The position numbers and the translations under genes are program-made. Source: Takakia lepidozioides (taxonomy: Eukaryota; Plantae; Bryophyta). From it: a DNA stretch of 64,000 bases. The notes beneath the pieces were generated by a model. It was not told the origin of the DNA and searched no databases. It saw nothing but the letters and a program-made list of their open reading frames with translations. Where the stretch lies: the NCBI GenBank assembly GCA_030704615.1, contig CM060734.1, positions 40,238,001 to 40,302,000 of the forward strand, written 5' to 3'. Below, one piece after another: positions 35,824-49,525 of this stretch (within the stretch, counting starts at the first letter, position 1; each line of letters opens with the position of its first letter).

Positions 35824-38800
35824 ATGCAGAATGTGAACTCAATTGCAAGCAAGAGCTGGGGCTGCTTCTCCTGCCGTCGGTTTCACCCTCGGCTGTTTTC
35901 TACCTCACTCTTTCCGTCCAGCCGATTCGCCTTGTCCACTCACCCTTCCCTTCTGGCACGTCACGTAGCATGTTTGCCATACCAGTGTGCTCAACCAAGG
36001 TTCTTGCGGAAGTTCAGCACAGCTTACTGTGGTGGACAATTTGGTCAAGAGAGAGGTCCTCAATGGAGAGGGAGATGGATTCGAGTGCGGCTGTTTGCGA
36101 GTCTTCAAAGTGCAGATGACAGACAGACATTTGAAAGAGAAGCTGGTGATGGAGTTGGGAAGACAGAGAAGGACTCCGTCTTGCCTACAGCTGATGAAGG
36201 GCTCGGGCCTGCCAAGCCTGAGATATGCACGGCCGATGAGTTGCATTACGTGCCTATCCCAGGCACGGATTGGAGGCTTGCTCTCTGGCGGTATCTCCCT
36301 GCCGAAAATGTAATTCCTCTCCTGTCCCCTGCTGTGGTGCTTGCGGTAAGACTCTCTTGCGTAGTATTCGTGTACTGTGGTGGCTGTGAGGAGCAGCTCT
36401 GGGATTTCAGTACACCAGTTTGGGCACATACCATTGGTAGAGTTATCTGAGACTAAAATTTCCGAGAAATTAGCTCAATGCATAACTATCATATTTTGTG
36501 ATGGCAAATCTTAGGATTATAATAACGATGTGAAATCATCATCTTAAGAATGTTAGCATCAGGGGAAATCATCTCGAGACAATCAGAATATGTTGTACGC
36601 TTGAACAAAAACAATTCCTCTTTGTTCACAATATGCATGGTTTCAGGTAAGTGGCAGGGTGCTGTATCATGATAGTCCTGTCATTCTTCTTAACTAAGCT
36701 CATATGTCAGGGTACAGTTCTGCCTGCCTCTGTTGGTTGCAAAGGTTTTTTCTGTAGGCCACGGTATCTTGATGAGACTTTAAAAGTAAAACAAGCCACT
36801 TAGTAGCAAAGGCACCAATGGGAGGTACAGTTCTTTTATGACCAACCTGGCAGTTTGTGTGTCCACTGTGGGACTATAACATTGTACTCCCAATAGAGTG
36901 GCAGTAATCACTGCAGTTCCTCTTGCTTTATTTGCAGCCTGGGTTGAGGTTGGCAATGTCATTCTGGGTGTACTCAGATGGTGACTTCAATTTTGGAATC
37001 AACAGTGAGCAAAGTTCCTTTTGGTATGCAGTCAATGCTTTGAAGGTTGGTGTTAAATGTTGGACTTAAGTACAGGGCTTTGGATCTAGCTGATGGAAAG
37101 GGGGGTGGGGGGGGCTGGTGCAGGCTCCAAAAAGAAATCATCCCCTGTTGATGCTCTCTGGTATTGGAACAAATGCCTTTTGTTTCGACCTAGACCCCGA
37201 TGTAAGTTCCATCAGCTCAGTTACTACAACAAATGGTATTGTTGGTGGTTGACATTAGCAGCAGAGTTAAGCATATGGGGATGGATCGTGTGCACAGGGA
37301 GGAGGGGAGACAAAAGAAATAGATGCAGCTGGAGAGGGACGGCACAAAGGTTTTTTGTTGTAGTTAAGTTCATCTAAGCAGTTATCAGAAATGAGATTTA
37401 GAGGTTCTGCGGGTGGGGGGACAGGTGTCTTTGGCGCGCTACATGTCAGGAGCAGGGTTTGACACCTGGATTTTAGAGGTCCGGGGTGTAGGGTTAAGTA
37501 AACGAGAGGGCGAGCCAACTGCTAGTGAGCTTGGTGGCAGTAATGCACCTCTGGCCGGGGCAGCGCAATTGGCTGGAGCAACAGTTAAGTCCGCCACTGA
37601 TGCAACACCATACATGGAAAAGTTCTGTGCATTGGAGGAAGGGAATGGGGCAACTTCGGAAAAGCAGTCGGTGGTGATTGATAAAGCAAATGAAGAATCA
37701 ACAGGACATGAAATGAAAGCATCCTGGCTATCCAAATCGGTAGTGCAGTTGTCAGAGAGATTGTGGGCTCTGGTTAGTCAAGGCCACTCAAGGATCCTTT
37801 CTGCTCGATTGATTGAAAAGGTGAGTTACGTGTATTCAACTTGTAGTAGGTAGACAATCTCTCTTATATTTTCCCTAAAATGGTGAACCAGTCCAGGGGG
37901 GTCTTTGCAGTTCACCTCATGCAGGTGTCAGTGGTACTCCTATAGATTGCAACTGATATCATGATATTGATCAAATTGGCAATGTCCAGAGATACTTTGG
38001 AGTTTCAAAGCTCTCTTCCTCACCCAAGCAATGTCTTTTGAGCTGCAGTGCTGTGCATGAGGGCCCTTGAGCAGAAATTGATCACAAAAACCCACTGTTA
38101 CGTACTTAAAAATTAAGGAGTGAAGTTCAAGTTTACTGTAATCATAGATCTCCGTAGTACATGCTGTTGAGTACCTGAAAGGCTGTAAATATGCAGATTT
38201 CGTCTCTTGTAGAACGTGGCCATTTGTCCCAGCGTATTGGAGAGCTAAAGGAAAGATTGAACAGCCTTCTCAAGGGGTGGCAAAGCAATTCCACACAAGT
38301 GTCATATGTGACGAAGAGGATGGCCCAGTTGCAACGCACAGTGTCACCAAGTATTTTCAACTTACAGGCATGGTGTCTCTTCCCCCACGGTGTTTGTACA
38401 CTATGGTAGGGACATAAAGACTGTCCACTTTCTGCTTTTGGGTAAAAATGGGAGCGTGACACCAGCTGACATGCACCCCAAAATAACATCAGAATTGTGA
38501 AAACAATCCTCTTACAAATTTGAGAGACTGGGTCTGAACCCCTATCAAAACCCTCTTTACCACTGACGCTGATAGAAGGGGATACCAACCAGTTGAGGAT
38601 CCAGAGGAATGTGAATGAAGGTCAAAAGTGTAGAAACCATCACCCAGAACACCAGAATATCATCAAAGCATGGATCTCACATACATTGGCTACTGATGAT
38701 AAAAAAAGTCCTGTTGCGATTGTTGTGGGTCAGATGGTGAGCCCCTTTGCACTGATGCTGTAGTCAAGTGTGAAGAAACAGTGTCAAGGGTCAGTTAGGT

Positions 38801-41800
38801 ACTATCCTAATGGAACTGTGTTTTGCAGGAAAGGTTGAACACAGCAGTTGGCGATTTTCAGGAGATCCTGGAGCTAAATGCCAAGTATGACTGGGACTTC
38901 GACAGTTATCTTGAAGAGGATGTTCCAACAGCGGTAGAGTTTGTACCTTCTGCCATATCAAAACTCGTATTTTTCTGGGGCCAGCTTCTTATGTTCAGGA
39001 TAACATGATACCCAACCCGTTTTAGCAAGTACCATAAGCCTAGAATTGTGAAGCATTCCAACAGGATTTTCTGTTTCTGTGGCCCCACCTTTGGTTCTGT
39101 GTTGGGGTTCTGCCATCAAGTAGCGGATTAGCAGTTCACTATACACTGTAATTTTGAAAGTACCATTTTCACAGTAGGTCATATTTTGGAGCACAGACCG
39201 GGCCAACCTGGTCTGAGATCCAGCTCAAGTCTATCAATGATCAGAGGCACCATTGCTTATTCCCCTTCCCAAAATCAAAGATTTATCCACACAGTGAAGT
39301 ACAACCCCTCAGTTTCCATGAGGAAAGTATCATGGTTACCGATTCATGGTGGAGCTGGTGTGGCAATGGCATGCAGATGGAGTTTGTAAGGAACCATACT
39401 GCAAGCACAGATGGCAAACTTCTGGGCCTTGGCCACTCTTTGGGCGGCATCATCCTGTACGCTCTGCTGGCCACTCGTGGTAGGTGCGCCCACTTATCTT
39501 GACATTGCCCATTTCTATTGATGACAAATTGGGGACTTTTGAGATGTATGTTGCTCATTGAAGTCCCTACATGATCAATATACATTGCTCTACTGGCTGG
39601 TCTACTTTAGCCGATGCCTTGTGTCAGAATTAGGAAACCTGAAAATTAGAACAACTTTAGTACCAACCACTTGACTCTTGATTTAAGTCGAGTCAGTGGC
39701 ACTCCTTACTTCCAGCCACTTGACTCCAAGAAGTTGAATTAGTGGTAATGTTCTATGAGCTGCTAATATGCACTATATGAACAAGCGAAGTATGACAGAA
39801 ATAGTACTTCTGTCACAATCTTTTGATCAAGAGAGGCCTCTGGAATTTCTTCTTGGCTTTATCATTCTGTGGTACCAGTGGCATTGGCCTAGCTTTTCTG
39901 AAGATATCGTAGCCCCTTCCTACTAAAATGCTTCAGGTGGTGGCGGCTAAGTGATTCTACTCCTATGACTCCCTTGCATGTTGTATCCAAGTGGGGTTTA
40001 TGCTCTGATATTGGACACTATACTTACTGATTCATTTTGGAAAGTTATAGCACACAAGAGGGCCTGCTAGTCACCTCGCACATCCTCACTAAACCACATC
40101 ATATGCTTGAGAGGACTTGAGGAAAGAATATCAGCAGGTTGTACTCTCCAGGAATCTAACCTATACTGTGAGATTTTCCCCTCTCTGCTTGGTTAGTGAT
40201 TGTCACGATATATCACTGTGAGGCATGTTATTTTATCATGAGCTCATTTCCAGAACCTAAGTTGTCAAGTTCTGAGCTCTTTGATGAAGTTTCCTGCAAA
40301 CCATATGCGTGGTTTTGCAATGACTTGATAGAGGTGTTGTTTGAAAACAAAATGCAATACGATGATGCTTGATATAGCAGCTATGCGCATTACACAGCCT
40401 AGCTATCTCCTCTATTATGGAGCACTATAACAGTTCATGAAAAGCCATGAACCATTCTGCCTATCTCTGTGGCAAATCTAACATGGGAGAGAAGCCTGCA
40501 TTTGATCATATGCAAGTCCACCACCACCCACCCCTGATATGGAGTCAATGTGGAGTCGGGATCAAGAGGAAATGTGATGGTACCTTCTTTGAAGGCTGTA
40601 TTGTCTATAAATTTTTGGTCTAGTCTGGAATATACAGATCCTTTCTTGTCAAGACAAGACAAGCCCTAACTCCCTCTCTCTCGACAAGTCCGGGGTATTC
40701 TCATTAGAGTGACCCTCTCGAGGACCATCAAGAATATAGGCGTCCCTGCAATTCCGTTCAACAGCTTTCAAAATCTCTAAAACCCTGGCTCTGTTGGGGT
40801 CTAATTGCTGGGCAGCTCAGACACAGCAAATAATGCTTGTGTGAAGGGATTTCCAGAGGAATTCTGGAAAGCCTGAACCAATTGTTTATACCAAGGTAAG
40901 TCCCACTGGTAGTGCCTGTTCCCTCTGGTTCCGCCCAAACTGGGCTTGGGGTCTATGGGCACAAGGGCTACCGCAAACAATGTCTCATGGGGACATTCTC
41001 TCTCTCTCCCCCTGTGGAGATAAGGCAGGCCTCAGGATAATCAATAGCTGATTTATCACACCGCACACCACATGGCCATGCTAATGGATGTTGTCGGTAT
41101 GTCAACAGAGCAATCAGGGCTAGCAGGAGTCGTGACAATCGCATCAGCTTTGGAGTACCGGACGTCTAATTCCTCCCTCAAACTCCTCCTCCCTTTTGTG
41201 AGTAGCTGCATTTCACGCGTGGGAGTTCGAGATATTTGGTTGAACCAGAACTTTTATTATCAGTCCTCCCAAAACCCCCTTCATTTGAAGTCTTTTAGAC
41301 CTACATCAGATTCTAATGTACCCTCATGGAAGAGGAAGAAGGATAGTGGCCCAAGCTAGTGTAACGGAGTGCCTCCTCCTTCACTCGATGCTACTGCCTC
41401 CTCTGGATAGGTGGGCACTTTCTAACTGTCATTTATAGTACCAGGGCATACTGGTGGATGAATGTTTCCTTGGAGACTTGGAAGCCTTCGGTACCCGAGT
41501 GGACATGGCAATGCAATGCCCTTATTCACGAAACGGATCACAAATGTCACCTCTACTATGAACCTTTGTGGATTTGAACAGAGGATCACTACTCGGTGTC
41601 CGCAGTGCTGACCACTCATTAGAAACTGTATGCTTACACAAATAACAATTTGTACTGTTCATTTCAATCCATATTTCCCCATGCAGGCTTGGCATTCATG
41701 ACACATTTACATCCTCACTAGCATTAATTTATGTGTGTTTGGGTGGAAACCTGATGGTTGTGGAGTGATGTGAGAGAATTGCAGGCGAACCCAGCACATT

Positions 41801-43085
41801 TGTTGCATGTGCCTGTAGTTCCCTTGGGGCTATTGATGACTGCCGTTCAGCATTTGGTGTCAGAGCCACCCTATGCACTTGCCTGGCTGGGATACCATGT
41901 GTCTGCTCGCAAACAGATGGACCCTTCTCTATTTAAAAAGCTTGTGCTTAGTAATTTTTGTGAGTGCCCCATCCTCTGTTGACCATATTGCTTGATTCAA
42001 AATGAGGGGCTCAGTCAGGACATCTCATATGATTCTGGTTGGTTGTCCATGAAATCATTCAGTGGCAAATTTTTCAGATGAAAGAGTTGAAAACAATGGA
42101 AGTATCCATAGTTGTGGGTACACACTGGACATCTGCTTGCAGTGTCGCTGTACTGCAGAAATGTATTATTGTTGGCAAGTTGTTGTTTTATCTTTTGTTG
42201 GGAATGAAGAGGTTCTGCTGTATGATTTTAGATTCGAAACTCAACAAGTAACTCTAATTCCCTATGCTTGTCACCTTGTTTCACGTTTATTCTATTGCCA
42301 CGTTAAAAAATGACTGTACCTTCTAACTTGAGTTTATACAATGGTTGTTATCATAGGTAACATTCCTATGAAGTTGTTGCTGCAATTAGCCACAGTTTTT
42401 CAGCCTGGAGGCTTAAGAAACCGTGATGGGACAGTGGTATACAAAGAAAGGATTCGAAACTCGACAGTGCCAGTGCTTGCTATTGCTGGCGACCATGATA
42501 TGATATGCCCTCCTCCAGCGGTTGTTGGTAAGGTTCTTAAGCTGTTAGACCAGAGTTTTGTCTTACAACTGGACTGTTTGCAGCTGCATGTCATTCTTGG
42601 TCAGGATTGTGATAGGTTCGATCCAAGTAACATAGCTTGTTGAGTAGCTAAAGCTTGTGTGCAGATCCTGACGATTCCTGATATGGTTGCTCTATTTTGT
42701 GGTGCTGTCCTCAGATACAGTGAAGGACTTCCCTGAGGGTGTTGCTACCTTTAAAGTGTTTGGAGGTCAAGATGGTCATCATTACAGCCACTATGACCTT
42801 CTTTGTGGTCGTTGGGTATGAGACTTATCACCTAACAGTTTGTCTTCATGGTTGTGGACAAAGGAAAAGTGTGGTAAAGCTTGTGTAGGTAAACCTTGAA
42901 ATTTTCCAAAAGGGTGAACCCAAATTGGTGGCATTCAATAATGTCTTTAAGATCCTATGAAGTTACAGGACATCTGTATTTAAGCAAATCTTTTCTTTTC
43001 TGTGCAGGCAAAGCAAGAAGTGTTTCCAGCTATCCTCAATTTTCTTGAGAAGTGTGATGGCCCCAATTCTAAATCCGATGAGTAA
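35824..43085 (+). CDS. Multi-exon alpha/beta hydrolase with N-terminal transit-peptide-like region
   Basis: Exon peptides CTADELHYV...WRLALWRY, HPLLMLSGIGTN, GFDTWILEVRG, YDWDFDSYLEEDVP, LGLGHSLGG (nucleophile elbow), VLAIAGDHD, HYSHYDL; stop 43083-43085. Confidence 0.9.
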
Positions 43086-44150
43086 GTCGCATCATTTTCA
43101 AGAAACCAGTGACATCTGATCTTTCTCCCTTATAGGCGATGTATTGGGACCCTGGAACCGACTTTCCTAGACCGTGAATCCCTTTATTGACCACTACATG
43201 AAGTTATTCTCCATCAAGGTGGACATGCCTTGGATGAAGACTACTAGTAATTGAGGAGTATGTAACTTGGAGCAGTACACCAAAGATATGTTGTTAGCCT
43301 GAAAGCTGTCTGTTCACAACCTACAATAGTTTGCACTTCGTACATGTGCTCATTCCAGTTGCTCTTGTGAGAATTTTGTTGGACTCTGCTTCGCTCCGGA
43401 ATTTCCTCTGAACTAAACCCTCGGCCTTTAACATAGTATACTTGAATATTGAAAGAAGCTGTCAAGGTTGAGTCATTGAGCTAGCAATATGTTGAAATCG
43501 TACTAAATTAAACTTGTGCACAATGTTCTAGATACAATTGGTGTATTGAATCAATGTGCTGGATCTACAGTCTACTGCGTGTGTCCAATAAGTTGATGGT
43601 CAAAATCACTACATGCTCACTTCGAGGTGAGCACAATTGCCATATTACAATGCCTTTCAAGTTGAACAGCTATCATATCGAAATCGAGAGCTGCATGGCG
43701 CAGCCCATCCTGGGGCCAGCTGAGCTCAATGATGCCAGCAAAAACAGAGGCAGGAAGTAAAAAGCGCGAGAGGATGGCAAGGAAGGAAGTGGTGCGGAGG
43801 CAGGAAACCAACTAAGTTTCCCCGCGGTTGGTGCGAAAGACTGACTTAAACATCAGTCATGACTACTATACTGTTATCCGCGACTTGAGAATCCAGTATC
43901 GCTCTTGGTAAACATGAACCCAAACCTCTGAGAAACCCGGAAAACCTGGAGGAGTGCCAGTCAAATGCAACCTTGGAAACCAGCTGATGCATATACTGAA
44001 GTGGAGTTTTCATATGAAAACAGTGTAGGGGAGTTTAGCAATGACAGAGGTTCGAGCTCCTGATTTTATACATGTATGCCGGCATATCTGTACATGACAG
44101 CTCAACCGAGACGTTGATTCCGGTTGGAATATCAGTGATGGTGAAAGGCC

Positions 44151-45896
44151 CTAGTAAGACTTAGCAAAAATAGCAACATCCATGGCCTGCTGCCCAGTCA
44201 TGAAACAAAGGTTGGAGTGGGGAGGTTGCTCAAATGGGAAGCAACGGATGGTGGCCCCAGTCTCCTCCTTCACTCTTGCCTCATCAGCATCGCTGCCAGC
44301 CCATGGACCCCGACCCCACTTCCCCTCTGCAATGGCTCCCTTCAGCTCCTCGTAAGACCCCACATCCACAATGTTGCTATCCAGAAACACTCTGGCTCTT
44401 TCCAACAAACTCTCTTGGATTTCTTCCAACCGTTTCTTCACATACTCGGGCAAACTCGCAGCTTCCATGGGCACTCCCAGATCCTTCCCCTCCTTGCCGG
44501 GCATGTCTCTCCTGGCAACAACGACAACATTCTTGGCTACGTCTCTAGGACCAATCTCGATTCTGAGTGGTACACCCTTCATCTCCCAGAAGTTGAACTT
44601 CCACCCTGGTGTCTTTTGTTCCGAAGCATCCAGCTTCACTCGCAATCCCGCTGCTGCAAGCATCTTCTGAACTAGTGATGACGCTGCCAGTACCCCGTCT
44701 CTCTCTTCCGCTTTCTTCCAAATCGGAACGATGACGACCTGGATGGGAGCAACTCTTGGAGGAAGCATGAGTCCAGTGTCGTCGCCATGAGTCATAATAA
44801 TGCCTCCTACCATGCGTGTGCTCATGCCCCAAGATGTCTGCCACACATACTGCAGCTCTCCTTTCTCGTCGGTGTATTGGGTACCGAATGCACGAGCAAA
44901 ATTCTGACCAAGATTATGACTGGTGCCTGCCTGGAGAGCCCGGCGGTCTCCCATCATCGCCTCAATTGTGTAAGTGCAAGCAGCGCCTGCAAACGTCTCT
45001 GTCCTCGACTTGCGGCCTACTACAACAGGAATGGCTGCTTCCTCAACTGCAAATGTTCGATACACCTCTATCATTTGAAGGGCCTCCTCTTCAGCCTCCT
45101 CTGGTGTTGTATGAGCTGTGTGACCTTCTTGCCAAAGGAACTCCAGAGTCCTAATAAACGGCCGTGTACGCATTTCCCATCTGTGCACATTTGCCCACTG
45201 GTTTACTAGTATAGGAAGATCTCTGTGGCTCTGCACCCACTGAGAAAACATGTGGTTTACAATGGTCTCACTCGTTGGCCGCACCACTAGCCTCTCTTCA
45301 AGCTCTTTCCCGCCCCCAATGGTTACCAGCGCAAGCTCTGGACTGAAACCCTCTACATGACTCGCCTCCTTCTCGATGAAAGAGTAAGGAATGAGCTGGG
45401 GGAAGTACATGTTGGAGTGGCCAGTCTCCTTGAACTTGGCATCCAACCATCCCTGAATAAATTCCCAGATTGCATAACCGTAAGGACGGATCACCATGGT
45501 GCCCCTAACAGGCCCATAATCAGCAAGCTCAGCTGCATCAATCACATCCAAGTACCATCTACTGAAATCCTGACCACGCGGGGTTACTCCTAAATTCTTT
45601 TCCTTCCTCTGTTTCGGAATCTCCTTTGCAGCCTCCGCAGAAGCCTTTGTAAACTCCACCGCAGGCCCATCTTCCCGCTCCTGAGTCTGCGTGACTGCGC
45701 TCCTGATGAGAAGACCCCTATGCTTCACAAAACCTGCATTCTCACTCAAAAAACAACATGAATTCGCTACACTTTTCCCTTTCGATTTCCCGGCAGAAGA
45801 AGGAATGGAGAGAGTCCGAAGGATGGTAGCACGCGATGCGGCAACGACAGAGGACACGCCCACCATGCCCGGCAGCCTCACTGCAGCTTGGCCCAT
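44151..45896 (-). CDS. OVA6: Organellar prolyl-tRNA synthetase (OVA6/PRORS1-like), single coding exon
   Basis: 581-aa ORF with VRGTMVIRPYGYAIWE, RPTSET, WANVHRWE, ALQAGTSH, SWGMSTR, C-terminal FAKSY; transit-peptide-like N-terminus. Confidence 0.95.
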   Translation of the reverse strand: MGQAAVRLPGMVGVSSVVAASRATILRTLSIPSSAGKSKGKSVANSCCFLSENAGFVKHRGLLIRSAVTQTQEREDGPAVEFTKASAEAAKEIPKQRKEKNLGVTPRGQDFSRWYLDVIDAAELADYGPVRGTMVIRPYGYAIWEFIQGWLDAKFKETGHSNMYFPQLIPYSFIEKEASHVEGFSPELALVTIGGGKELEERLVVRPTSETIVNHMFSQWVQSHRDLPILVNQWANVHRWEMRTRPFIRTLEFLWQEGHTAHTTPEEAEEEALQMIEVYRTFAVEEAAIPVVVGRKSRTETFAGAACTYTIEAMMGDRRALQAGTSHNLGQNFARAFGTQYTDEKGELQYVWQTSWGMSTRMVGGIIMTHGDDTGLMLPPRVAPIQVVIVPIWKKAEERDGVLAASSLVQKMLAAAGLRVKLDASEQKTPGWKFNFWEMKGVPLRIEIGPRDVAKNVVVVARRDMPGKEGKDLGVPMEAASLPEYVKKRLEEIQESLLERARVFLDSNIVDVGSYEELKGAIAEGKWGRGPWAGSDADEARVKEETGATIRCFPFEQPPHSNLCFMTGQQAMDVAIFAKSY

Positions 45897-45988
45897 CGCA
45901 GCCTCTTGGCCGCTAGAGCTGGATGACGATGACCTCCTATCGCCGGTGGCTGACTACCTTCCTCCCTTCGAGACCAGTGCCCTGATAG

Positions 45989-46790
45989 CCAGGTACATGA
46001 TACGTGACTCTACACACATCCAACATGGAGCCAGTTACATGATACGTGACTCTACACACATCCAACATGGAGCCAGTTACATGATACGTGGTTTTATAAA
46101 CTACATTCAACATGAAGCCAGGTACATGATACGTGACTCTACACACATCCAACATGGAACCAGATACATGATACGTGGTTTTATAAACTACATGACATGA
46201 AACCAAGTACATGATACGTGACTCTACACACATCCAACATGGAGCCAGATACATGATACGTGGTTTTATAAACTACATTCAACATGAATCCAGGTACATG
46301 ATACGTCACTCTACACACATCCAACATGGAGCCAGATACATGATACGTGGTTTTATAAACTACATAACATGAAGCCAGGTACATGATACATGACTCTACA
46401 CACATCCAACATGGAGCCAGATACATGATACGTGGTTTTATAAACTACATTCAACATGAAGCCATGTACATGATACATGACTCTACACACATCCAACATG
46501 GAGCCAGATACATGAAACGTGGTTTTATAAACTACATAACATGAAGCCAAGTACATGATACATGACTCTACACACATCCAATAGGGAGCCAGTTACATGA
46601 TACGTGACTCTAGAAACATCCAACATGGAGCCAGATACATGATACATGGTTTTATAAACTACAATCAACATGAAGCCAGGTACATGATACGTGATTGTAC
46701 ACACATCCAATATGGAGCCAGTTACATGATATATGACACTACAGCACACATCCAACACGAGACAAACCAAATACACATAACATACATGAA
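45989..46790. repeat. Tandem satellite, alternating ~42/44-bp monomers (~86-bp higher-order unit)
   Basis: TACATGATACGTGACTCTACACACATCCAACATGGAGCCAG alternating with TACATGATACGTGGTTTTATAAACTACATTCAACATGAAGCCAG. Confidence 0.95.
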
Positions 46791-47739
46791 ATTAGGGCGA
46801 TACCACGGCAAGAGGGGAAACGGCACTCAATTGGCCGCTCTGCCCACCACAGTAGCGGCTGCTGCCGGCGGAGAGGTGTTGACATAGGTCCGACTTGCAC
46901 CAACATGTCACATTACTGTGAATTAGGATTTCCAGGCGGTGTCCCTTGGAAATCCACAATTTTAGGAAGACATTTTGTCATGACGCGATGATTCTCCCAC
47001 CATCGCCAAGCTGGTCTCTCCGACCCGTCGTGCAATGGTCTCTCCTACCAATTCTTTTGACGTTATGTCAATCAAGCCGTTGAGCTTAAATACATTGAAG
47101 TCAGGTCGTCGCTCTTGCGCTTATGCTATAGTGTGGTAGCAAATTCATTGCCACTTGGTGACATGGACCTATATCATCCAACAATCCCTAGCCTACACTG
47201 TCCACGTCAGTGCCGTTGGTGTGCCGCTACTGTGGTATCGCCCTTAGACATACATATCTAATATTATCGGCTGATTCCTCTTCTTCTTTGTATCTAACAT
47301 TAAACATGGTAGGTACACAACACATGAAATAGTTACATGCATGCTATCAACTATCAACCAACCAAAAGGTGGGCAATTATGTCAGGTTATCACTATCAGA
47401 ACTCGAAAGCATTTGTCAAGTTATTTTACCACTAGTGTGAAACTAGCTAGGAAATAGCTAGCTTTTACATATTGACATTTGGGATTGGCCCAAGTGTCAA
47501 TCCAAGGGTCAAGGCAGATTTAGGCCCTGGAGTGGTTATCTTCACGGCAAACGCGAGAGGCTCATCTTTCTCGAGTTGAGCCTCATCGCGTCTAGCTATG
47601 GCACCGTAGTGTGGATTCCCCATGGCGTGGGATGCACTTGGCTTGACTTGTATTTGAGTGATGAGGTTATATATGCATGAGTTTATGTTTCACCTTTGTG
47701 AGCTCGCATGAGCTTGTGCTTGTATTCTTCTTCTTTATC

Positions 47740-47756
47740 ACTCGAGAAAGATGAGC
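47740..47756 (+). promoter_or_regulatory. Putative self-priming primer-binding site
   Basis: ACTCGAGAAAGATGAGC, at the end of A, is the exact reverse complement of 47560-47576 inside A. Confidence 0.65.
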
Positions 47757-48923
47757 TCGTATCTGTGAGTGCCAGATACGAGTTAGTTGTAGCACTTATG
47801 GTTTTTGCTTAAGAATGAAAGAAACCAGGTTGTTATGCAAGGAGCACCGTGGAGCTCTTGGTTGTTAGAAGTGGAGGCGATGTGGGTTACGAGGTGGTAG
47901 ACCTTGGCATTCGATCTTTAGCTTCAGAGATGAAAGCACCATGCTGTAGGTAATTCGAGAGCACCTTGATGGTTTCAGATTGTGTACATGCATGAGCAAG
48001 CACGATTGGGAAGAGGACCAGTCAAGAGCAGGTTATAGTGGCTTTGGTGGCAAAGCTGAGAATTGGACTTGGGAATGCGAGCTTTTATTGTGTGAAGGAT
48101 TGCAAGACCAAGCGAAAAGGCTGATTTGGCTTGGGGCAAATCAGTGCACTTTGTGGAGTATGTTGAGATTGGGTTTCAATCTCGAGCTTCAGCATTGAGA
48201 AGGCTTTTGTCATGGCAAAAGCAGGGCTGGAACAGGAGCTAAGAGGTGCGGCAAGGCCATGGAATGTGCACCTAGGGTTTCAGAGCTTGGAAGAAGAGCT
48301 CTTGCACCACAAGAGGAGTGTCTTGTGGCTGGAAATGTAAGCCTTAGGGTTTCAGGAGCTTGGCAAGGGCTGTGGAGTGCTTAGTCTTGTCTTAGAGAGC
48401 ATCAAGGAGCTAAGGAGCCAAGATAGGGGGCTGATACCTCTTATGTGAAGAGGTTGCATGTGTGGAGCATGTATTCAGCTCATTGTAAGGGGCTGATTTG
48501 CTCTTATGTGACAGTCCGACACTTGTAGAGCGTGTTCTGAGTTGGGGTTTCAACCTCAAGCCTAGATAGAGCATGGTTCTTGAAGTGGCAGATGTAGGGG
48601 GCTGGAATAGGCTCTAAGACAGATGTTATGGCCAAGGGAAACGCTTGAATGAGTGCTCAGGGCTGGAAACCAGCAAGGCTTGGTTGTTTGCCATTGAGTT
48701 TAGTGGCGTGTTTGGGGAGTCTAAGTGAGAAAGAAGGCTTGGTTTGTGGCAACCATCTTCCTCATGGCTTAGGGCTACTATTGGTGGTGTGTGGGAGCCG
48801 AAAGAGCAAGAATACCTTGCTGATTTCTTCACAGCCGCCATAGCTCGGTGCAAAGAAGCCTAGAGTCCAAGAGACACAAACCCTAGCTTGGCGTGGCTAA
48901 ACCCCTTGGAGTGAGTGGCCTCT

Positions 48924-49525
48924 GGGGCTGTGACGGGCTGTGACAGGATGTGCCCTGTGACCTGTGTAGGGTTGTGACAGGCTGTGCCATGTGGCCTGTG
49001 GGGCTGTGACGGGCTGTGAGGGGCTCTGACAGGTTGTGCCCTGTGGCCTGTGGGGCTGTGACGGGCTGTGAGGGGCTCTGACAGGCTGTGGCGGGCTGTG
49101 ACATGTTGTGCGGCCTGTGGGGCTGTGACGGGCTGTGAGGGGCTATGGCCTTTGGGGCTGTGACCCCTGTGACCTGTGTAGGGCTGTGACAGGCTGTGGC
49201 GGGCTGGGACAGGCTGTGCCCTGTGGCCTGTGGGGCTGTGACGGGCTGTGAGGAGCTGTGACGGGCTGTGGCCTTTGGGGCTGTGACACTGTGACCTTTG
49301 TAGGGCTGTGACGGGCTGTGAGGAGCTGTGACGGGCTGTGGCCTTTGGGGCTGTGACACTGTGACCTTTGTAGGGCTGTGACAGGCTGTGCCTGTGGCCT
49401 TTGGGGTTGTGATGGGCTGTGACAGGCTGTGACCTGTGGCCGTGGGGGCTGTGACAGGCTGTGACATGTGGCCGTGGGGTTGTGATGGGTTGTGGCCTGT
49501 GTGGGGCTGTGACGGCTGTGACAAG
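48924..49525. repeat. GGCTGTG(A) minisatellite in the retroelement leader
   Basis: Tandem GGGCTGTGAC-type units; produces the antisense low-complexity ORFs. Confidence 0.9.

Noticed and set aside
40435-40662. LINE endonuclease-like SRLD motif in a hydrolase intron
   Set aside because: Single weak motif; no supporting RT sequence recognised.
45691-46887. Several repetitive ORFs on both strands
   Set aside because: Artefacts of the 42/44-bp satellite.
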